64,000 bases of DNA from Antechinus flavipes (Eukaryota), in contig NC_067401.1 of NCBI RefSeq assembly GCF_016432865.1, positions 189,286,001 to 189,350,000 of the forward strand, in the 5' to 3' direction. Shown here piece after piece: positions 30,549-42,325 of the stretch (position 1 is its first letter; every line of letters starts with the position of its first letter). Below the pieces are notes generated by a model, which did no database searches, was not told the origin of the DNA, and worked only from the letters and a program-made list of their open reading frames with translations. Both the position numbers and the translations under genes were made by a program.

Positions 30549-31365
30549 TATCTGTTATGGAGAAATGAAAGGGAAAAACATACTACTACCTTAGACATCG
30601 AACAAGCATCCGACAAGAGAACAAGGAGGAGGAGTGCAGAGGGATAATAAAGCATTTGGGAAAATATATTTGAGACATAGGAAGAGTATGGACCAAGGAT
30701 TCCCTCATTCGGAGATCTAGGCCAAGATAACAGAAGAGGTGTGTGCGTGTGTGTATGGGGGGGCGGGATGAAGAAATCCAATTCTGGCTCTGCTACTTAC
30801 AACCTGTGTGACCTTGATCAAGTCACTAAAGTTCTCTGGGTCTTAAATTTCCTCATCTGCAAAAAACAAGGGGCTTGAGCTAAGACCAGTATATAACATC
30901 ACGTCCGCCTCTTTAAAATGAAAAAAACAAGCCAGCAACCCAAACTCTTAAGATGCTGGAGTTGACCCCTACCCTCAGGGGGAACAAGGGTGAAAGAATG
31001 AGAAGGGGAGGAACCTAGGACCGTATCACCCATCCACCCGGGCCACACCCACTTTCTGAGCAAATCAAAGTAAAATTAAGGTCTCCCCTCCTCAATTTGA
31101 GCGGGCTGCCTATCACCCAGACCCCACAATCCACTGGGTGACCAGTGAATGTCCCAAACCATCAAGATTCCCGGAGATCTTACGAGACTCAGGGCCCTCG
31201 AACCTGTTAGCCCGTTAGATTAGGGCGGCAGGAATCGCAGGAAGCAAACCTCCAAATAGCTCCCGCCCAGACTTTCCCACCCGAAAGGCCTCTTTGCCTC
31301 CCTCAAGAGAAGGGGTTCAAGATGGCGTCCAGTCAAAAGGGTAGTTGGAGAGCCTCCGAACTCAC

Positions 31366-31780
31366 AGGATTCGGGTCCGCGCGCGCGCCACACTAACAAG
31401 CAATCAATTTGTTCCTCTACCACGAGCTCTGACGCTCTGATTGGCTCCTTCTGCCATCTCTCAAGGGTGATTCGCTCAAGGATTGGCCGAAGCTCCCGCG
31501 TGGATCTGAAACAAGTCCAGGAAAAGCGCTCTAGTCTTCACTTCTGGAAGAGGCCGCTACGGTGTCTCGCTTTTACATTGGCTCCGGATGACCGTAGAGG
31601 TGGGGCCGCCTCGCGCGCCTCCAACGGCACTCCGAGATTGGCCATAAACTCTTAAAATTCGAAGGTTAACCTCCGATCCGGCCTGCTGCTCTCGCGCAGT
31701 ATCTAAACTGTAACTACGTCGTGTGGCGCGGACTGACTGCGACAGTCTAGATGGAAAACGCCCAATCACCACGTCAGAAG
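31366..31780 (-). promoter_or_regulatory. MDC1 CpG-island promoter and non-coding exon 1 (candidate donor GTGAGT at 31365)
   Basis: CpG island with five CCAAT/ATTGG boxes (31440, 31482, 31577, 31637, 31762), CGCGCG E2F-like motifs and TTCGAA (CHR-like) at 31658-31663. Confidence 0.65.
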
Positions 31781-32149
31781 GGACCAGAATACCCATTCTT
31801 GGTCTTCCCAGACTTGGCCCCTGCTGACTCATGAGAAATAGAATAGATGAGACGATTATTGTTAGGCGGAGAATGCAAAACCAGATATGGATTAGAGAAT
31901 GAACTTACGAAAGGTAAAATAAATAATTTTGACACAATACCCATTTTTGTAGGAACAAAATGAATACAGCTGAAGTGAGAAACTATACGGTTTTTTTGGG
32001 GGGAGGAGAAATCTTTACAACAATCGATAAGTTTTACGTACATAGCAGCAGTGGGGAATTATCACAAATACGTAAAACAATATTGTCATTAATAATAATT
32101 AAATTTTAAAAAAAGGTTTCAGTGTCAGACCCAAAAAATGGGATAAATA

Positions 32150-33100
32150 CTACAAGGACAGTGAGCTGTTAGGCACAGGAAAATATTCCAAGGATGTTAG
32201 AGGCAGAAAGGACTTGTATTTATCAAAATATTCTGAACACTTTTGGGGAAGGAAGTAAAAACTCAAAAGCAAAATGGATACTAACAATATAACGAGTAAA
32301 GTTGCAGGACATGAAATACAAATTACAAGTACCAAATGAATACAAAACTCTAAACAATAAAGACATCTAAATAATTGGAAAGCATTATTTATGGATAGGC
32401 AAAGCCAATATAATAAAAATGACAAAATGATCTACATTTATTTATTCAATGCTATGTTAAACTGTCAAATAATTAGAGATAGAAAAAAAATGAAAAAAAG
32501 AATGAGAAAGTTTCCAGAATCTTGAGGAAAATAATAAAAAAGTAGAAAGGAAAGGATCTTAGTGGTGCCAAATCTCAAACTATACTACAAAATAATAATC
32601 ATCAATTTTGGGGTTCAGAAGTGTCACAGTTTTTTCTCAGAAAGAATTCAAGTTCAGATAGTAAAGGCATTTAATGAGGTTAATGCTCCATAAGTAGAGA
32701 AGCACCATTAACAGAATGAGGCTAGAGTTTATATAGAGAAAGGAGATTGAGAGTAAATCAGGAAAAGTGGGCAATCTCAGATAAAATTTTATACATGTAG
32801 GTGCTGTATGGGACTTTGCGTCTGTGATTGGATATCTATTGCCAGACATCTTGCTATAGGTAGGTATCTATTTGTGAATTTGTGAATGCTTGGCTCACTG
32901 GGGCCCAAAGATTCTGGCACTGTATGTATATTGCTGCCAGCGGAAAACTTCTACTTATCTCAATCAAGTTGACTTAATACTGTTTAAAAAATAGAACAGA
33001 TTAGGTACACAACATATAAAAGCAAACAATACAGTAGCTTTAGTATCTCATAAACCCAAAGTCACTCAACTAACATTTATTTATTTAAAATTATTTATAT
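32150..33100 (+). mobile_element. Degenerate L1 ORF2 fragment with a probable LTR piece inserted at about 32610-32975
   Basis: L1-like AATAATTGGAAAGCATTATTTATGGATAGGCAAAGCCAATATAATAAAAATGAC; the L1 resumes after a compositionally different insert. LTR identity is tentative. Confidence 0.5.
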
Positions 33101-35260
33101 TTTGTTAAATATTTCCCAATTACATGTAAAAGTTTTAACATTTTTTAAAATTTTGGGTTCCAATTTTCCTCCCTCTCTCTCACCTCTTCCCCATCTTCAA
33201 GAAGTCAAGCAATTTGATATCAACTATACATATGAAATCATGCAAAACATTTCCATAACATCTGTAGTACAAAAGAAACAGAAATAAATAAAAGAATAAT
33301 AAAGAAAAAATAAAAAGAATAAAGATAACAATATTAATAAAGCTTAAAAGAAAAGAAAAAGAAAGCTTTAAAAAAGTATGCTTCATTTGAATTGATTAGT
33401 TCTTTCTCTGGAGATATATAGCATTTTTAATCTGGGTCTTGTCAGAATAGCCATTTTTCACAGTTGATCATCCTTGAAATATTGTTACTGTGTACAATAT
33501 TCTCCTGGTTCTGCTCACTTAATTTTATATCAATTCATATGAGTCTTCCAGGTTTTTGTGAAACCATCCCCTTCATCATTTCTTACAACACAATAGTATT
33601 TCATTACTGTCTAACGTACACCACAACTTGTTCAGTTGTTACTCACTTTATGGGTATCCCCTTGACTGTGAATACTTTGCCACCATAAGAAGAGCCGCTA
33701 TAAATATTTGTGTATAAATGGATCCTTTTCCCTTTCCATTCAACTCTTTGGGATGAAGATCTAGTAATGATATTGCTGGGTCAAAGAATCTTATTTTATA
33801 GAACTTTAGGTATAGTTCCAAATTGTTCTCCAGAAGAGTTAGACTAGTTCACAATGCCACCAACATTGCATTAGTATCCCAATTTTTCTATATTCCCTCC
33901 AGCACTTGTCATTTTCAATTTTTGTCATGTTAGCCAATCTGATAGGTATGATGAGGCTATCTTCGAGTTGTTTTAAAAAGATAAAAAGTGTTCTAAAGAA
34001 TTATTGATAAGATAAGTATCTAATCAATAATACTTTAGAACACTTTTTATCTTTTTAAAAAAATTTTCTCATTCTTGTTTTCAAGATTCCTTGGAAGCAG
34101 GAGGAACGTACACATTGGGAAATATTAGTGATGTTATAAGGAATGATAACAAAAATATATTTTAAAACAATATTTTATACTAGAATGCAGTGTGTAAAAT
34201 CTGTAGAAAGGAGGGCAGTTTGAAAATAAAATCATCACATTCATGTTGTGTGAATTCTTTTTTCAAAGTTACTTTTTATTTCATATATTGAAATTATATA
34301 TTAGTTTCCTTTGTTAATCAATATATTTTATTCTATGCATTTTTAAGAAATATATTTTAATAATAACGTTCAATTTTCAAAATACGTGCATAGTTTTCAA
34401 CATTCACCATTGCAAAACTATATTCCAAGTTTTTCTCCATCCCTTCTTCCCACCCATCCCCCGCCTCCAGACTGCAGTATATTTTTATATGTGCAATTCT
34501 TCTTTACATATTTCCACATTTATCATGCTTCACAAGAAAAATCAGATCAAAAAAGGAAAAAAAAATAAGAAAGAAAAAAAAAGCAAACAACAACAAAAAA
34601 GATGGTTATGTTATGATCCACATTCAGTTCCCACAGTGTTCTTTCTGGATGGAGATGGCTCTCTCCATCACAAATACATTGGAATTGGCCTGAATCACCT
34701 AATTGTTGAAAAGAGCAAGTCCATCAGCGTTGATCATCACATAATTTTGTTGCCACTGTGTATAATGTTCTTTTGGTTCTACTGGCTTTATTTAGCATCA
34801 GTTCATGTAAGTCTTTCCAGGCCTTTCTGAAATCATCCTTCTGATCATTTCTTATAGAATAATACTATTCCATAACATACATATCCTATAACTTATTCAG
34901 TCATTCCTCAACTGATGGTCACCTAATCAGTTTCCAGTTTCTTGTCACCACAAAAAGAGCTGTTACAAACATTTTTGAACAGGTGTATCCTTTTCCCTTT
35001 TTTGTGATCTCTGGTATACAGACCCAGTAGAAATACTGATGGATCAAAGGGTATGCACAACTTGATAGCTCTTTGGGTGTAGTTCCAAATTGAGAACACT
35101 TTTTATGTGACTAGTGATAGCTTTGATCTCTTCTGAAAACTGGTTCTTCATATTCTTTGATTATTTTTCAACTAGGGAATGACTCTTTTTGTAAATTTGG
35201 TTCAGTTCTTTACATATTTGAGAAAAGAGTTCTTTATCAGAGAAACTTGCTGTAAATTTT
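33100..35260 (-). mobile_element. Two tandem L1 3'-end/ORF2-end fragments (about 33100-33975 and 34340-35260)
   Basis: Reverse complement of the marsupial L1 3'UTR plus ORF2 C-terminal region; both are homologous to the other L1 ends in the window. Confidence 0.7.
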
Positions 35261-36848
35261 TTCCCATCATATATTTATTGTGAAATATTAATTATTAAAT
35301 GTGTCTACTATATGCCAGGCACTTATCTTTCTTGTTTTTCAGTTATAGTAATAGAGAAAGGGATTGATAGAAAATAAATGCTTGCAATTTTTAAAGTATT
35401 TAAAATTGAATGCCCAATTAATTGAGGAACTGCTGAACAAACTATGGTTTAAAAATGTAATGGAATAATATTACATTAAGGAGGATTATTGAGAAGTGAT
35501 AAAGTGTAAAAAGCAAATATAATAAAACATATTTTAAAATAGGATAGATTTTATAGACTATTATGAAGTCACTTAACTTCTTAGTGTTCCAGGAAACTGT
35601 CTTAAAACTGTAAGTTGCAGAGAAATTACAGATCTTTATTGTTGGGGGAAGTTCATTACACAAATGAAATCAAGTCCAATCCACACTAGTAGGGGATCTC
35701 AACCTCCCTTTTTCAGAACTTGATAAATCTAACCACAAAATAAACAAGAAAGAAGTTAATGAAGTGAATAGAATTTTTTAAAACTTAAGTATGATAGATC
35801 TTTGGAGAAATTTTAATAGGAATAGAAAAAATATACCTTTTCCTCAAAAGTACATAGCACATACAAAAAATTGATCATGTTATTGAGGCATAAAAATCTC
35901 ACTATGAAATGCAAAAAGGTAGAAATAATAAATGCATCCTTTTCAGATGCAATAAAAATTACATGGGCCATGGAAAATAAACAAAAAATTAATTGGAAAT
36001 GAAATAATCTAATCCTAAAGGAGAAGTGGATCAAACAACAAATCATAGAAACAAATTGATCACTTCATCCAAAAGAATGAGACAACATACTAAAACTTAT
36101 GGGATGCAGTCAAAGCAGTTCTTATAAGGAGTTTTATATCATTAGATGTTTACAAGAATAAAATAGGGAAAAAAGATCAATGAACTAACTGGGCATACAA
36201 CTAAAAACTCTAGAAAAAAGAACAAATTAAAAACCTCCAAGTACATACCAAATTAGAAATTCTAAAAATAAAAGAGGAGATTAGTAAAATTGAAAGAAAA
36301 CCGTTGAACTAATAAAACTAAGAGTTAGTTTTATGAAAAAACCAACAAAATAGATGAATCTGGTTAATTTGACGAGAAAAAGAAAAGAAAACCAAATTAC
36401 CAATATCAAAAATGAAAAGGGTGATTTTGCCATCAATGAAGAGGAAATTAAAGTAATAATTAGAAGCTATTTTGTCCAACTGTATGCCAATAAATCTGGT
36501 AATCTAAATGAAATGGATGAATACTTTTAAAAAATATAGGTTGCCAGATTAACAGAGGAAACAAATTACTTAAATAGTCCCATTTTAGAGAAAGAAATTG
36601 AACAAGCCATTAATGAACTCCTTAAGAAAAACTCTCCAGAGCCAGATGAATTTACAAGTGAACTCTACCAAATGTTTAAAGAAAAATTAATTTCAATACA
36701 ATATAAACTACTCAGAAAAATAAGAGGAAAAGTCCTACCAATTTCCTTTTAAGACACAAATATGGCATTGATATCTAAACCAGGAAGGGCCAAAACAGAG
36801 AAAGAAAATTATAGACCAATTTCCCTAATGAATATTGATGCAAAAATC

Positions 36849-37072
36849 ATTTTAAAATAACTTTTTATTTTTCAAAATACATGCAAAGATACTTGTCAAC
36901 ATTCATCTTTGCAAAACGTTGTGTTCCAAATTTTTTACCGTTCTTCTCCTAGACAGCAAGTAATCCAATGTAGGTTAAACATAAGCAATCCATCTAAACA
37001 TATTTCCACATTTATCATGCTATATAAGAAAAATCAGATCAAAAGGAGAAAAAAAAGAGAAAGAAAAAAAAA
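36849..37072 (-). mobile_element. L1 3' fragment nested in the L1
   Basis: 12-bp TSD GATGCAAAAATC at 36837-36848 and 37073-37084. Confidence 0.8.
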
Positions 37073-37286
37073 GATGCAAAAATCTTAAATAAAATATTAG
37101 CAAAGAGATTATAGCAACTTTATCACCAGGATAATACACTATGACCAAGTGGGATTTATACCAGGAACATAATATCAGGAAAACTATTAGCATAATTGAC
37201 TATATCAATAACCAAACTAACAGAAATAATATGAGTATCTCAAAAAAGCATTTGACAAAATACAACACCCTTAAAAACACTGGAGA

Positions 37287-37444
37287 AAAGCAGCTAGGGA
37301 GCACAGTGGATAGAGCATCAACCCAGAAGTCAGAGGACCTGAGTTCATATCTGACCTCAGACACATAACACTTTCTACTTATATGACCCTGGGCAAGTCA
37401 CTTAACTCCAATTGCCTCAGGAAAAAAAAAAAAAACCAAAAAAC
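37287..37444 (+). mobile_element. WSINE1-type tRNA/CORE SINE nested in the L1
   Basis: GCAGCTAGG..CAGTGGATAGAGCA..GGACCTGAGTTCA..GGGCAAGTCACTTAAC plus A tail; 14-bp TSD AAAAACACT(G/A)GAGA at 37273-37286 and 37445-37458. Confidence 0.85.
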
Positions 37445-37693
37445 AAAAACACTAGAGAGCATATATAGGAATAAATTGAATTTTTCTTAAAATGATAAGT
37501 AGCATCTATCTAATACCATGAGTAAGCATTATATGTAATAGGAATAAGCTAGAAACCTACCCATAAAGATCAGGAATAAAACAAAGTTGCTCATTATTAC
37601 CACTATTATTCAATATAATACTAGAAATGTTAACTTAAGCAATAAGGGAAGAAAAAAAAAAATGAAGGTATTAAAGTAGGTAATGAGGAAACA

Positions 37694-37950
37694 TGTTAAG
37701 GGATAGTCAAGTCTGTAGGAGCCTCCACAGCTGTGGATCATAACATCTGAAGGAGTTGCAGGGCAGCCTTTGCTGACACAGGTCAGACAATGCAATGGCC
37801 TCTCAGTCAGACAGGTCAGAGAACAACAACTGCTTCTCAGTCTCCTTGTATCATCCTCTCACAAGAGGAGATCCATTCTGGGTTGGATCTCCAGCAGCCA
37901 CTGTCTGGTGGCTCTTGTGTATTCCAACAGCTCTCCCGTGTATTCCAACA
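37694..37950. mobile_element. Short solo LTR (257 bp), ERV2/ERVK-like by TSD length
   Basis: TG...CA termini with a 6-bp TSD GAAACA (37688-37693 and 37951-37956) splitting a continuous L1 ORF2 sequence. Confidence 0.8.
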
Positions 37951-39559
37951 GAAACAAAACTATCACTCTGCAGATAATATGATGGTATACTTAGAGAATC
38001 AGCTAAAAAACTACTAAAAACAATTAACAACTTTAGCAAAGTTGCTGAATATAAAATAAACCCACATATATCATCAGCATTTCTATGTTACCAACCAAGT
38101 CCAGCAGCAAGCATCTACCTGCCAAGAACTATATGAACATAATTACAAAACACTTTCTACACCAAGTTACTCTTGGATCCAGCAGTGTCTCTATTGAGTC
38201 TGTATCCCAAAGAGATTGTAAGAAAGGGAAAAGCACCCACATGTTCAAAAATGTTTGTAGCAGCCCTTTTTGAAGTGGAAATTGAATGGATGCCTATTGG
38301 TTGGGGAATGGTTGAATAAGTTATGGTATATGCATTTAATGGATTATCATTGTTCTATAAGAAATGATGAGCTGGGTGATTTCAGAAAAGCCTGAAAAGG
38401 CTTACATGAACAGATGCTGAGTAAAGTGAGTAGAACCAATAGAATATTGTACACAGTAATAACAAGATTATGTAATGATCAACTGTGATGGACTTGGCTC
38501 ATTTCAACAATGAGATGATTTAAGGCAATTCCAATAGACTTGTGATGGAAAGTGTCATCCCCAGCCAGAGAAATAACTATGAAATGAATGTGGATCAAAG
38601 CATAGTATTTTCACCTTGTTTTCATTTGTTTGCTTGTTTTTTTTCTCTCATGTTTTTTCCCTTATGATCGGCTTTTATTTGTGCAGCATGACAAATATTG
38701 AAATATGTTTAGAAAAGCTGCACATTTTAAATCTATATTCGATTGCTTGTTGTCTTGAGGAAGGGGAAGTGGGAAGGAGAAAAATTTGGAAAAGAAGATT
38801 TTGCAAAGGTGAATGTTGAAAACTATCTTTGCATGTATTTGGAAAAAATAAAATACTATTAAAATTTTTAAAAATTGAATTATCTAGTTTCAAACTAATA
38901 TATAAATATATAAGTACATACATATGTATGTATATATGACTTGCTATTCTTTGTATTATTATTATTCAAAGTATCATTTTGTTAAATATAGCAGTGGCAT
39001 ATGTAACTGGTAGTCCCAGTTCACAAATTTTCAATAAGGAAATGACAAATTTTACCATAGATAACATGATATAACTTTCTTCTATTTGGACAGTAGGATA
39101 ATGTATAGAATGCTGGACTCAGAGACAAGAAGATCTCAGAACCCTAAGTCCTTTTAATTTCTATCATCTGTAAAATGAGGATAAATATAGTATCTACCAC
39201 ACAAGGTTGCTGTAAGAATTAAATGAGTTGACATATATGTGTATGTATTATACACATATACTTTATTGCTATAAAAACTTAAAAGCGTTGTATAAATAAT
39301 AATTTTTTATGACATTACTCTAAAATAGAATAATACCTCTCCATATTTCTATGCTCCACATAAAAATGATAATGACTTTATAGTCCCTAAGGAAAATATA
39401 CCAATTTGAGGTAATATCATTTCTTCTCTCTCTGCAACCCCAAATCCAACTTTCCTTTCTTTTAATGGTTCTCATCTCTGGTTCAGCTGCCTAGGAGGGG
39501 TTACCATGGTGATCTGCTTGACCAAGTTACTATGATATCCTGGACCATGCCTGAGAAAC

Positions 39560-40330
39560 ATTAATTTGAATGGAGTGTGGAAACCAACTACCTCCCATAA
39601 TCTGTTGATACTGATGGAGTACAAGAAGTCATGAAGGTGGGGAGTTATTTAGAAAGAATTCAAAAACTTGGTTCATTTTTGAATAAAGGGGCAAAAGCTT
39701 TATTATGATGCCATAAGGCAGGCTAAGTTCGCTAGCAGAACTTGCAATTTACAAGGGGAAATATGGCACCTTTTATAGGAAAGGACTCTTTCCTATAAAG
39801 AAAAGCAAGGGATGCTAACTATGTTAGTTGCTTGGTTTAGAAAGTCAACTGAAGATTAAGGAATCTTTATACAAAATAATCTTGGGGGTTTATATCTGTA
39901 GCTTGGCTTCCTGATAGTATATAGTTACTTGTGGATATCAATTCAAGATAGTTTATTTGTACAAGATAATTCTATCAAAACAAGAAATTCAACAAAGGCC
40001 CACTTAAGGACAAGATAATCCTGTCAGTATCTCTCCCTGGGGCCCTCCTATAAACTGGTTTGCTACTAGGGACACGACTTTTTGCTAGGATTATTTATTT
40101 ATTCATTCCCCCCAAAATGGGACCCCATAATCTTTTCGGTTTTGGAGTGATGGTCCTGTTTTCTGAAGTTGCTTCCTGCTGGGAGTGGGTTTAGAGCTAT
40201 CTTTTGGATCCCAATAGAAGGAGTGATGAACTCAAGGGTCCAGAAGTTGGTTGAAGCAGCATCCAGTGAATCCTGAGTCTCAGGATCAGAAATTGGACTG
40301 GTAATCCAGTGTCATGCATCATTTGAACAT
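39560..40330. mobile_element. Possible LTR/ERV-derived fragment
   Basis: Composition and a reverse poly(A)-signal context resemble an LTR; termini and TSD were not found. Confidence 0.3.
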
Positions 40331-40580
40331 AAATCAAACAAGTTATCCAGAAAGGGTTAGGAATGTTAGTTTTGTAAACAATAGAGTGCTCTGATGTCTA
40401 AGCATACATCTGCCAAAGAAAGTGTTTAAAGAGGCACATTGAGTGAAGAGGATGACAGGCTGAGGGGATTTTCAGTTGTCATCGAAACACGTGTAACAAT
40501 ACTCTTGCAGGAAGAGGCTTTCTACCCCTAGATTCAATCATTGCACAGATGAATTTACTTATAAAAAGCTGACTTTACTT

Positions 40581-41164
40581 TGTAATGGGCTGAGGCTTGA
40601 GTTGATGCACTGAGGTCCCAAGCACATGAGGCTAAATAGTAATTGGACCATACTCTATTAATATATAAGCTTGGAGAAAGAATGGCCCCCACCCACTCTT
40701 TGTGCAAGTCCTGATGTGTTGTATAGGAAATGACGATTTTGGTGGGTGGAGGCAGGGGAGTGGAAAAGGAAGGGGAAGGAGATGGCTCAGTGGCTAGAGC
40801 ACCAGCCCTGAAGTCAGGAGGACCTGAGTTCAAATCTAGCCTCAGACACTTAACAATTCCTGGTTGTGTGACCATGGGCAAGTCACTTAACCCCAATTGC
40901 CTCAGCAAAAAGAAGAAGAGAAAACAAACAGAAAGGTCATGACAATGGCAATCCCAAAAGTCTCTCCTTCCCCTTCCTTTTCCACTCCCCTGCCTCCACC
41001 CACCAAAATCGTCATTTCCTATACAACACATCAGGACTTGCACAAAGAGTGGGTGGGGGCCATTCTTTCTCCAAGCTTATATATTAATAGAGTATGGTCC
41101 AATTACTATTTAGCCTCATGTGCTTGGGACCTCAGTGCATCAACTCAAGCCTCAGCCCATTACA
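40581..41164. repeat. 584-bp element with perfect 202-bp terminal inverted repeats (40581-40782 and 40963-41164), a SINE-containing spacer and flanking TTACTT direct repeats
   Basis: Base-by-base comparison shows the right arm is the exact reverse complement of the left arm. Ends are TG...CA; TTACTT lies at 40575-40580 and 41165-41170. Confidence 0.95.
40783..40935 (+). mobile_element. WSINE1-type SINE lacking its first ~10 nt, forming the palindrome spacer
   Basis: TGGCTCAGTGGCTAGAGCACCAGCCCTGAAGTCAGGAGGACCTGAGTTCAAATC...CCCCAATTGCCTCAGCAAAAAG. Confidence 0.85.
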
Positions 41165-42325
41165 TTACTTCAATTATATTAAAAGTACTTATGTCTTTTC
41201 TCCAAACCACATTTTTTTTTATTTAGTTTGAATGATCAGAAGAATAAGTTATATCAATACTCAATTATTCTTTTTTTTGGCAATATTATTTTATTTTTCA
41301 ACATTCATTTTTATAAGATTTTATGTTCCAAACTTTTTCTCCCTCTGTCACTTACCTCTCCTTTCTCCAAGACAGCAAACAATCTGAAGTAGGTTGTACA
41401 TTTACAATACTTTAAAATATATTTCCCTATTTTTCATGTTGTACAAGAAGTCAGTTATACTTGCATCATTTTGAAACATTTAAGAACCTTATTTCATACC
41501 TATTTCTAGATAGATAGAGATGGCTTTCTATCCATCTATTCATCTATTCATCCATCATCTATCTATATATCTATATATACATAAATATTACCTATCTATC
41601 TCTGTCTGTCTGTCTCTGTTTATCTCTAAGTCAAATCTATCAATTGTTATTGATCGCATCCCTTTGAGTGGCTGGTGGCATTTTTCTAGAATGATGGATT
41701 ACTGATTTAATGATCTGTCAGACATACCTGAACTAAAAAAACTTAAAACAATATCATTAATAATCCCAAGGAATTTTATCTCATTTAGCAAGTTTCAATA
41801 AGTGGAGAGCTTCAGGTGATTTCAGTTCTCAAGGATCACATATCCTAAGTAATAGGTATTGACTATAATCTGGTAACATTAAGAGATCTCTATTCATCAC
41901 AGTAAGAAAATTCATAATTTATCTTGATGTCTAAATAGATGATTTTAAGTTCAACATTATACAAATGATTCTGCTAAAAATAGACTGCTATTCACAGAAT
42001 CTCTTTAAACAATGGGAACATCTTTTAGATAACTCAGTACATACAACCAGTATAAAGTTTACCAGGAGTCACACATGATTTTATTTAAAATCTTTCATTT
42101 GCTTTGCTTTTCTTCTTTTCAAATTTAAATTAATTCTTGTTAGAAATCCTTTCTATATAATAGAATTATAGATTTTTTATTAAATCTATTTCTTGTTTGG
42201 GAATTTCACCACCAATTTTTATTTTTCTAGAACTGATGATCTTGCCACAAGACTATTATAAGAAACCTGGCAAATTCATAAATTAAAGAGAATTGACAGA
42301 GACCCCAGAAAAAGGGCTGAGTTTT

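Larger units (their letters stand above)
35690..38870 (+). mobile_element. About 3.2-kb degenerate 5'-truncated L1 (endonuclease-RT ORF2 remnants plus 3'UTR) hosting three nested insertions
   Basis: ORF2-like remnants (GAAAATTATAGACCAATTTCCCTAATGAATATTGATGCAAAAATC = [15 protein letters not shown]; ...GCAGATAATATGATGGTATACTTAG); A-rich 3' end near 38850. Confidence 0.85.

Noticed and set aside
40555-41226. Two ORFs (40555-41043 minus, 40897-41226 plus) sharing an identical 67-aa peptide
   Set aside because: A by-product of the perfect inverted repeat; no recognisable protein, and the ORFs run through SINE/LTR sequence.
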